A DNA stretch of 64,000 bases. Source: a virus (Duplodnaviria; Caudoviricetes). Under the pieces are notes generated by a model. The model ran no database searches. It had not been told where the DNA came from and saw nothing but the letters and a program-made list of their open reading frames with translations. Every line of letters starts with the position of its first letter. The stretch's first letter is position 1. This document shows positions 30,731 through 38,567 of the stretch, piece by piece. The DNA is taken from positions 96,001 to 160,000 of IMG/VR virus record IMGVR_UViG_3300028591_000076; one strand, given 5' to 3'. Position numbers and translations under genes: made by a program.

Positions 30731-30916
30731 TTATCTTAAATAGATATTGGTAATTAGAACATAATTACTTAAACTTTTTTGTAATCTAAGTCGAGGCGTA
30801 TTATATAAATATTTTATACTATAATTTGCATCTGCGACAGAATGAAAAGAACCAAAAAAATTTGTACCGTCATAAATATAATATTCATTTTTACTTTTTA
30901 CTATTTGATAAGACAT
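30731..30916 (-). CDS. Small hypothetical protein (leaderless)
   Basis: GCTAATT motif 5 nt before ATG. Confidence 0.45.
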   Translation of the reverse strand: MSYQIVKSKNEYYIYDGTNFFGSFHSVADANYSIKYLYNTPRLRLQKSLSNYVLITNIYLR

Positions 30917-31022
30917 ATCTTAATTAGCTATTATATTTTTTTAAATTTAATAACATATTATAGCTAATAAAAATTAAAATAAAAGGAGATTATCGGATTT
31001 TTCCTGATAAAATTAAGCCAAT

Positions 31023-31304
31023 ATGGGAGATGTAGAACCATTATATGGAACATGGGTTCCATCATTTGCTGGGTGGAAACCAAAACCACTTAAATGGTAT
31101 CAAAAGGTTTGGTATAGTATTTATAATGTGAGAGATGAAATAGCTCTTATTGCAATACTCCTACTATGGATTGGCGGTATTGTTTTCTTATGGCTGAAAG
31201 GCTATGGTCGATATATCCCATTTGCCGTTATACCTGGTTTAATTACAGGAATAATGATTGGTATTGATAGTGGACATTATTATCCTATGTATCATAGGCG
31301 ATAA
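31023..31304 (+). CDS. Small membrane protein (2 TM)
   Basis: Two hydrophobic segments; followed by a terminator. Confidence 0.55.
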   Translation: MGDVEPLYGTWVPSFAGWKPKPLKWYQKVWYSIYNVRDEIALIAILLLWIGGIVFLWLKGYGRYIPFAVIPGLITGIMIGIDSGHYYPMYHRR

Positions 31305-31319
31305 TTAATAACTAGATAA

Positions 31320-31351
31320 TAAAAATCCTCAGTTTAAGCTGAGGATTTTTT
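31320..31351. terminator. Bidirectional intrinsic terminator
   Basis: AAAAAATCCTCAG-TTTAAG-CTGAGGATTTTTT. Confidence 0.85.
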
Positions 31352-31369
31352 AATTTTTTTAAGCTTTAT

Positions 31370-31957
31370 CTAACACCTAAAAACATGGTCACTATTAAGC
31401 TCATTTTCTAGCATTTCAATTTTCTTAAGAAGTTCCGCAATAATGTTTATTGAAATAATATTATTCATAGCCGAATAATCATGATAATCATAGCTTTCAC
31501 CATTAGAATCACAAGTGGAATTAGCTTTTTTATATAATTCTATCGCTTCATCAATTCTTTTTTGATGAGCGTCTTTTTCTTCTTTGTTTTTTATTTCTTT
31601 AAGCTTTTTCTCAACAAGAGGCTTAACTTTATTTGAATATACATCATAAGACATATCATAGGGCATTGGCCAATTAGGGTTATTCAAAGTAATTTCGACA
31701 CATTCATCAGCCCACTCGTTAATTTGTTCCTCAGATGGGTTTTTATTTATTTCTTCTATATAGCATTCTCTACAATAATTTTTATACTGTGGATATCTTT
31801 TAGCCCAAACCATTTCTGAATTTGCGCTTCTATATAACTTACCACATTTTTCACACTTTTCTGTATATTTTGGATTTATAAATTCCTCAAGTTCTTCAGA
31901 ATCAAAATTTCCAAGCGTAAATTTTTTACTTGGCGTACTAATAAATTCACTAGGCAT
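31370..31957 (-). CDS. Hypothetical Zn-finger protein
   Basis: CEKC...CREC; SD GGAG. Confidence 0.6.
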   Translation of the reverse strand: MPSEFISTPSKKFTLGNFDSEELEEFINPKYTEKCEKCGKLYRSANSEMVWAKRYPQYKNYCRECYIEEINKNPSEEQINEWADECVEITLNNPNWPMPYDMSYDVYSNKVKPLVEKKLKEIKNKEEKDAHQKRIDEAIELYKKANSTCDSNGESYDYHDYSAMNNIISINIIAELLKKIEMLENELNSDHVFRC

Positions 31958-32007
31958 TATTTAACACTCCGCTATAATTTACTTAAATATTAACAAGAAA
32001 GCTGCCA

Positions 32008-33111
32008 TTACTTCCTGCCTTTTACCCAGCCGCTATCTAAATACTCTTGTAAATTTTCTTTTCTTATTCGCTTAATTTCAGAACTATTATGTACCCAGGC
32101 CATAGCAGGCTGCTTAATTCCCTTTCTTGATGTTCCATATGTTCCGCGAGTCCAGCCATCAGAAAGATAACTATCTAATTCATCTAACTTAATTTCTTTT
32201 ACTACACCATCTTTCTTTACATAACAAGAATTCTTACGGCGCTCAGATAACTTCTGCTTATACTCTTCAGTCTGCGCATAACCTTGTATATTTGAACGGC
32301 CCCTAGACCAGCCCTGATTAGTATATTCTTCAAGTTCAGACTCTTGTATCATCTTTGTATCTACGCCATTTGTAATCCAAATACCCGTTGAGCCATGTGC
32401 AATTCCCGTATTAGCATCTATAATACGTTTTGCATACTCTGGGTCTTCCCATCTTTTTGCAACATTTAGCGCACGCTGTTTTTTATATTCTTCTTTTTTT
32501 AGTTTTAAGTATTCTTCAGCATGTGCTTCACAGCATGCAAAAGAAGTTTCGCTATTAGCTTGATGACATATTGGGCAGTCTTTAATTTGTGAATATCCTA
32601 TCCAGCTACCTTGACCTAAATTTCTTTCAAGTATTCTTACTGGTTTCTGAGTAGCTTTTTGAACCCAAATTCTTTTAGCGTTCATTTTAAGTGTGCCATC
32701 CTTAAATGACTTACCAGCATTAACACCCTTTTCTAATTTTTTATTTTCTAAAAATTTTATTTTTAAATCGGCAGATATTTTTTGAGCTTCTTCATCTTTT
32801 AGCCATTCTTCTAACTTAATCTTTTTCCAATTAGAAAATTTACTTTTACCATGGCATACTAGCCATGCTGCTTGTATATTCGCAACATAACCCTGATGAT
32901 TTTTATTCTGTTCACATTCTAATGCGAGTAAATAATGTGCATAAACATGTTCACCAATAGTAAGTAATACTAAATTATTTTTATCATCAGTACCACCCAT
33001 ATTTTTAGGTATTATATGATGAAGCTCATAATATATACTTCCACCTTTTTGTCTAAACTCTTTTTGAGCATTATTAATTAAATCATTATAAGTCTTAAAA
33101 TCTAACAGCAT
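32008..33111 (-). CDS. Free-standing HNH homing endonuclease with C-terminal repeats
   Basis: ELHHIIPKNMGGTDDKNNLVLLTIGEHVYAH; three repeats ending Y..GWxxG(R). Confidence 0.85.
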   Translation of the reverse strand: MLLDFKTYNDLINNAQKEFRQKGGSIYYELHHIIPKNMGGTDDKNNLVLLTIGEHVYAHYLLALECEQNKNHQGYVANIQAAWLVCHGKSKFSNWKKIKLEEWLKDEEAQKISADLKIKFLENKKLEKGVNAGKSFKDGTLKMNAKRIWVQKATQKPVRILERNLGQGSWIGYSQIKDCPICHQANSETSFACCEAHAEEYLKLKKEEYKKQRALNVAKRWEDPEYAKRIIDANTGIAHGSTGIWITNGVDTKMIQESELEEYTNQGWSRGRSNIQGYAQTEEYKQKLSERRKNSCYVKKDGVVKEIKLDELDSYLSDGWTRGTYGTSRKGIKQPAMAWVHNSSEIKRIRKENLQEYLDSGWVKGRK

Positions 33112-33139
33112 ATACTTCTCCTTTTATTTTAAAATAAAA

Positions 33140-33173
33140 ATAACCGCTAACTTATATTAAATTAGCGGTTATT
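33140..33173 (-). terminator. Terminator hairpin with embedded GCTAATT promoter motif
   Basis: AATAACCGCTAA-11 nt-TTAGCGGTTATT then U-rich tract on the minus strand. Confidence 0.65.
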
Positions 33174-33224
33174 ATGAAAAAGTAAAGTATACTTTTTAGT
33201 TTTTTAAGGTGGCTTCTAGGCCAC

Positions 33225-35987
33225 TTATTCTTGGCTTAGGTTCTCAAAAATTAAGAGTACAGTTTCACTATATACATATACCTTACAAGTAACCTTGATA
33301 ACGAACTGGCGTTTAGCCATAGTTGTAGGTGTATTCTGACCAGTGATATCAACAGAAGCTGTTGCCCAAATTGGGTCAGGTCCTGTGGTACGTTTGTCAA
33401 GAATAGCTTGTACTTGTTTTGTACGCATATCCATATAGTATGGGCTAATTCTCTTGAATACCTGCTGAGTCATGACTTTATCACGAATTTCGCGTTTACA
33501 AAGGTCAAATGACATAGAGTGTCCAAGGTAAGACCAGTCTGTAACGGTAGCAGGGTCTTGAGTAGATTTCTGAGACTGAATCATAAGACCATAATCTGCA
33601 TCATAAGTAATAGCACAAAGTCCTTTTTCATCGAGGATTTGAAGTGCTTCGTCAGTAAACTGCCATTTAGCTGAAAGAACGCTTCTAGCTAAGCATCCGC
33701 CGAGTCCTGCTGAGTCGTTTGTACCAGCTGGCGCGATACCACCAAGTTTCTTATCCATAATACGAGCGAGCTGAAGGCCAACATCACCGATAGGCTGGCA
33801 GTAGTAATATTTACCAGTATAAGTATCATACTTTCTGAATTCACCGATATACTGAGCAGTACCTTTTGAACGTCCAGAAACTGTAATTGTTTTTGGATTT
33901 GCAAGTTGTGCTTTTGTAATAATCTTTGGTGATATAATTGTTGATGTATCGTGATATACAACACGTAAGCTCATAAGAAGAGATTTGAAATCTTCGTAAC
34001 CCGTAAGTTCCATGAATACTAATGCGTCATCATAAACAGGGTTTTGAGCTTCAATAAGGCCGTCTTTTACAATCTGGTAATATTCATCTCTCCAAGCAGA
34101 ACCAAGAACGCCGTCTTTCTGGTTTTTCTCATTAACGTATGTACAGTATCTTTGACCTTTAAGGTAGTTTGTATAAACATCTTTTGCAGGTCCAATTGGG
34201 TCAACAATTTTTGTACCAGTATAGAAACCTTGGTCATTGATAGCTTTAAGGTCATCAAATGTTGCTTCAGGAACGACTTCCATGAATGTAACAGTTTCTT
34301 CTGGAAGAATATTTGGCCAGTAGATATTTGAACCATATGAGTCAACGCCTGTTTCAGAAAGAGAACCAGTAAATTCACCACCAGAAGTATATTCTCCCGG
34401 AATTACGACTTCTTTACAAGATATTGTAAGTGTATTGTAATTAACGTCTTTCTTTAATGGGTATTTAGGGTCATCTTCTTTACACTGAACAAATTTATGT
34501 CCAGACATACCTTTTACAGAAGCTGAAACAACTTCGTATACGTTGTAAATAAAGTCTTCAATGCCAACTGCTTTAACAGATGTAGTATCTTTAGAATCAG
34601 TAATTCTGCTATTGATATAGAATCTCTGAGTTAAGTAAGACGATGTAACATCAGTAAGAACCTGAGTTGTTGTATCAAGCTTAAAAATACCAAATTTATT
34701 TACGTCGCTATCATGAACTATTACTAATCCGTCTGTATTACCCTGAATAATTGCGCTTGCCCAGCCTTCAGCTAGTGTAAATCCGTTGATATTCTTCATA
34801 GTTGGAATATCAGTTTTTGTGCCTTCTGCAGTAGCGGAGCCCCTTAATGTAGCAATATCTACCCAAGCACAGGACTGGTCATACTTCCATTTATCGTATC
34901 CAATATTAGAAATAGAAACATATGTTGGTGTTTCATTAGGTGACTTCTGATGAACACGAGCAAATGTAATATTCTTAATATTTACACGCCACTGAATTCT
35001 GTTATTTCCAAGTCCATAGAACGCTTCAAAATCACCGATACTTACATCTTCATCAGTTGCAATACTAAACTCTGCTGACTTACCATCAAAAAGTATAGTC
35101 TTAATAGTATCTTCTGCAGCATCAGCTGTGATTACATCGCCATTATTTACCTTGAATGCTCTAAACTCGCCTGTTTCAGTTTTTAATTTAGAGTAATCAA
35201 AAAGATTTTCAAATGTAATATAAGGAGCAGCAGCAGATGTTGTATTATTTGCTGTCTTATCCTTTTCATATCCTTTACCAGTTACGTCAGTTTCACCAAT
35301 ATAAATGGTATATGTACCATCTGACTCTAACTTGTATTCGCCACAGTAGTAATCTTTAATTTCACCATCATCTGGGTCTACATAGTAGAGAACACCCTTT
35401 GTTGCAGAGCCTGATAATGAGTATGTATAAGTGCCAGCATCATGACCATTAGCAACATCATCGCCCCAGTAGTTAAATCTAAGGTAATTTGTTCTAGCAA
35501 ATAATGTAGCACTGAATCCTTCAATTTTAATACAGCCCTGAGTTTTACCTTTATCAGATAATTTAATGATATCTACATAAGCGTTGCCTACGTTATCGCC
35601 CCAAGCGCCGTCTTCACCACCGGCTGAAATACATACTTCAAAAGATGGGTCTTTATCATCTGATACTTCCCAATAATCGAAAGGACCGTGAGTTGTAAGA
35701 TAAACACCACCATAATATGAAGGGTGGTCAACGCCTGTTCCTGGAGGCGCAGAAATATATAAGCCATATTCCTGGTTAAATGCTACAGCTTCATAAATAT
35801 CTATCCAGTTAGCTGTTGGAAGACCAATCATTGCATTTATGGCCTTTTCATTACCATAAGGGAAGTACATAGCTTCTGTTGTACCCTTAGGCGCTCTACA
35901 GACCATATATCCCTTAATTGGAGCTTCTGTAGTATTTATTGTGTAAGAACCGTCAATGTCAATAAATTGGAGACGAAAACTTTTCAT
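33225..35987 (-). CDS. Contractile tail sheath protein
   Basis: N-terminal FIDIDGS...RAPKG; C-terminal sheath-like LDEKGLCAI..GLMIQSQKS...SYLG...VFKRI...NTPTT; strong SD AAGGAG. Confidence 0.8.
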   Translation of the reverse strand: MKSFRLQFIDIDGSYTINTTEAPIKGYMVCRAPKGTTEAMYFPYGNEKAINAMIGLPTANWIDIYEAVAFNQEYGLYISAPPGTGVDHPSYYGGVYLTTHGPFDYWEVSDDKDPSFEVCISAGGEDGAWGDNVGNAYVDIIKLSDKGKTQGCIKIEGFSATLFARTNYLRFNYWGDDVANGHDAGTYTYSLSGSATKGVLYYVDPDDGEIKDYYCGEYKLESDGTYTIYIGETDVTGKGYEKDKTANNTTSAAAPYITFENLFDYSKLKTETGEFRAFKVNNGDVITADAAEDTIKTILFDGKSAEFSIATDEDVSIGDFEAFYGLGNNRIQWRVNIKNITFARVHQKSPNETPTYVSISNIGYDKWKYDQSCAWVDIATLRGSATAEGTKTDIPTMKNINGFTLAEGWASAIIQGNTDGLVIVHDSDVNKFGIFKLDTTTQVLTDVTSSYLTQRFYINSRITDSKDTTSVKAVGIEDFIYNVYEVVSASVKGMSGHKFVQCKEDDPKYPLKKDVNYNTLTISCKEVVIPGEYTSGGEFTGSLSETGVDSYGSNIYWPNILPEETVTFMEVVPEATFDDLKAINDQGFYTGTKIVDPIGPAKDVYTNYLKGQRYCTYVNEKNQKDGVLGSAWRDEYYQIVKDGLIEAQNPVYDDALVFMELTGYEDFKSLLMSLRVVYHDTSTIISPKIITKAQLANPKTITVSGRSKGTAQYIGEFRKYDTYTGKYYYCQPIGDVGLQLARIMDKKLGGIAPAGTNDSAGLGGCLARSVLSAKWQFTDEALQILDEKGLCAITYDADYGLMIQSQKSTQDPATVTDWSYLGHSMSFDLCKREIRDKVMTQQVFKRISPYYMDMRTKQVQAILDKRTTGPDPIWATASVDITGQNTPTTMAKRQFVIKVTCKVYVYSETVLLIFENLSQE

Positions 35988-36086
35988 GTATTTTAAACTC
36001 CTTTAATATATAGAAGATATTTTATACCTTTACAAATTAGTTTATGTTTTCTAAAAAGATAATATATAATATGAAAAATTAGTGGT

Positions 36087-37754
36087 ATGATAGTAAATAG
36101 TATAGAGCAATATAACTTATTAAAAGCAGATACAGTTTTTACTTTTGTATGTAATTCTTGTAATAATACTTTTGAGAAGCGTAAACGACGAGGAAAAAGG
36201 GGCGAAACTTTTAATTTTCTCTGCCAGAATTGTGGTAGAAAAATGACCAATATAAAAAGGTATGGCGCTGAAAACGTATTTGCGTCTGATAGTATCAAGT
36301 CGAAAATAAAAGAAACATGCTTAGAAAAATATGGCGTTGAAAATCCTATGTTTTCTGAACAAATAAAAGATAGGTCTAAGGAAACTTGTTTAAAAAAATA
36401 TAATGTTGCTTACAGTTTCCAGTCTGATAATAATAAAGAAAAGTCTAAAGAAACCCTTTTAGAAAAATATGGAGTTGACCATCCATCAAAGAATAAAGAA
36501 ATTAAAAAGAAAATGGTAGAGTCTTGGTTAAAAACAAAAGAAGAAACACAAGAAAAAATAGAAAAAACTTGTTTAGAAAAATATGGTGTATCTAGGCCTA
36601 TGCAAAATTATAATGTACAATTAAAAGCCAAGAAAAAATATACATATGATAATCTTCAATTTGACTCAAGCTGGGAACTAGCTTTATATATTTATTGTAT
36701 TGATAATAATATAGATTTTGAATATCATCCAAATATTAGTTTTAAATATAAATATAATGATATTGAATATTCTTATTTTCCGGATTTCAAGATAGAAAAT
36801 GATTTTATAGAAATAAAGGGCTTACAGTTTTTTGAAAATAAAGATGTTAATGGAAAAATGATAAATCCATTTGATAGAAGCCTAGATGATAAATTTGAAG
36901 CAAAACATCAGTGTATGATAGAGCATAATGTTAAAATTATTACAGACTGCTCTAAGTATATAAATTATGTAAATAAAAAATATACTTCTGATTTTTTAGG
37001 ACTATTTGAAAATGGCCTCGATTTTCCGTATTTAAATCAAGATTTAAGCGATAAATCCGATATGGGCCTTATTCATCATTTTCATAAATCTATATATATT
37101 GCGTCTAGAAATGGCAAAATTTCCCCGTTAGACGCATGGCAAGATAAAAATATAATTAAAAAAATTGCGCTTAATAGATTAAAATATGTAGGTCATTGTA
37201 GACCATCAGATATTCTACAGGGATTTAATGTAACTAGAATAGCAAATAAAGTATCTGTATTTAACCCGAAACTAGCAGAAAACCTTATTAAGAAATATAT
37301 ACCTAATGCAGATATTATTATTGACCCATTTTCAGGATTTAGCGGAAGAATGTTGGGGTCATATAATTGTGATATACACTATATTGGATGGGATATAAAT
37401 GAGGACCATGTTAGAGAGTCTAATGAAATCGTAGACTATAAATTGATAGGTGATATGTGTGATATAAAAATACAAGATTTAATTACATTTGGGGGTAAGG
37501 ACTGGTCCGTACTTAAAGACGTATGTTTATTTACATGTCCGCCATATGGTGGAAAAGAACATTGGAATAAGAATAATGATGAAATAGAAAAGTCTTGTGA
37601 TGAATGGATAGACTTATGTTTAGAAAAGCATAGGGGATGTATAAAATATTTATTTGTAGTTGATGAAACTGAAAAGTATAAAGATAAAATTGTAGAAACA
37701 ATAACGAATAAAAGTCACTTTGGCTCAAATAATGAATATGTTATAGTTATCTAA
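36087..37754 (+). CDS. Fusion of Zn finger + (K)ETCLEKYGV repeats + TnsA-like PD-(D/E)XK nuclease + SAM-dependent DNA methyltransferase-like domain
   Basis: CNSC/CQNC; repeated KYGVxxP units; FDSSWE...YFPDF...IEIKG; IIDPFSGFSGR (motif I) and FTCPPY (motif IV). Confidence 0.7.
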   Translation: MIVNSIEQYNLLKADTVFTFVCNSCNNTFEKRKRRGKRGETFNFLCQNCGRKMTNIKRYGAENVFASDSIKSKIKETCLEKYGVENPMFSEQIKDRSKETCLKKYNVAYSFQSDNNKEKSKETLLEKYGVDHPSKNKEIKKKMVESWLKTKEETQEKIEKTCLEKYGVSRPMQNYNVQLKAKKKYTYDNLQFDSSWELALYIYCIDNNIDFEYHPNISFKYKYNDIEYSYFPDFKIENDFIEIKGLQFFENKDVNGKMINPFDRSLDDKFEAKHQCMIEHNVKIITDCSKYINYVNKKYTSDFLGLFENGLDFPYLNQDLSDKSDMGLIHHFHKSIYIASRNGKISPLDAWQDKNIIKKIALNRLKYVGHCRPSDILQGFNVTRIANKVSVFNPKLAENLIKKYIPNADIIIDPFSGFSGRMLGSYNCDIHYIGWDINEDHVRESNEIVDYKLIGDMCDIKIQDLITFGGKDWSVLKDVCLFTCPPYGGKEHWNKNNDEIEKSCDEWIDLCLEKHRGCIKYLFVVDETEKYKDKIVETITNKSHFGSNNEYVIVI

Positions 37755-37759
37755 AAAAT

Positions 37760-37781
37760 AAGCGCCTAATATTAGGCGCTT
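37760..37781. terminator. Bidirectional terminator
   Basis: Perfect 22-bp palindrome AAGCGCCTAATATTAGGCGCTT between convergent genes. Confidence 0.8.
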
Positions 37782-37825
37782 TTAATTTAATTTCTTAATT
37801 CATATATAACTAGGTTAAAATATTT

Positions 37826-38113
37826 TTATACATCTAACTCTGGTTTTTCTGATAGAATATTAGGAAGTTTATAATAAGCATAAGGTTTATAGCCCCATTG
37901 TGTTTCTATATTTGCTTCCTTTTCACAATTTTCATCATAATAAAATCCTATACGCTTTTCATTTTTAGGCTTTAACCAGTCATCACCATCTACCCAAAAA
38001 TATGCTATCATAAAGTAGCTATTACCATTATAATGATATTTTATCAGATATTGTCCAGTTTCTTTAGGATATGTTGAAATATCCCCTGCTCGCATATTTG
38101 TAAAATTAATCAT
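37826..38113 (-). CDS. Hypothetical protein
   Basis: SD GGAGG; overlaps the upstream gene. Confidence 0.55.
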   Translation of the reverse strand: MINFTNMRAGDISTYPKETGQYLIKYHYNGNSYFMIAYFWVDGDDWLKPKNEKRIGFYYDENCEKEANIETQWGYKPYAYYKLPNILSEKPELDV

Positions 38114-38501
38114 TAAAATAATCCTCCGCTAATTTTTCATCTGACATTACTACATAATTTTCTAAAAAAGCATCTCTATGATGAATAGTTTGCTTTATTG
38201 TATTTTCATCATATTCTGACCAGCTTTTTATAGCTTCTAATAATGTATAGACTCTATCAATATTATTATTTGCTAAATATTCTACTGCATTATTTAGGTT
38301 ATCAAATGTGATAAGTTTATATGCATACTCACTAAGCATATTATCTAAAGAATGTGTGGTATTATCAAAATATTTATCTACTAATCTAATTTTTCTTATT
38401 TTATTATCTAGCCCAAAATATACTTTATATAAAAAATCTCGTCGTAATGAGATTCTAACAAAAAATGAGTCAATAGATTTTTTAAAGCATATAATTTTCA
38501 T
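38106..38501 (-). CDS. Hypothetical protein
   Basis: ACTAAT motif just upstream. Confidence 0.5.
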   Translation of the reverse strand: MKIICFKKSIDSFFVRISLRRDFLYKVYFGLDNKIRKIRLVDKYFDNTTHSLDNMLSEYAYKLITFDNLNNAVEYLANNNIDRVYTLLEAIKSWSEYDENTIKQTIHHRDAFLENYVVMSDEKLAEDYFND

Positions 38502-38567
38502 AAATTATATATTAGTAATTTTATATATTTTTTTGTTAATCTACATATTATTCATAAGGAGTTAACT

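Noticed and set aside
32008-33111. Group I intron around the HNH gene
   Set aside because: The flanking genes appear complete and the gaps are too short for an intron core
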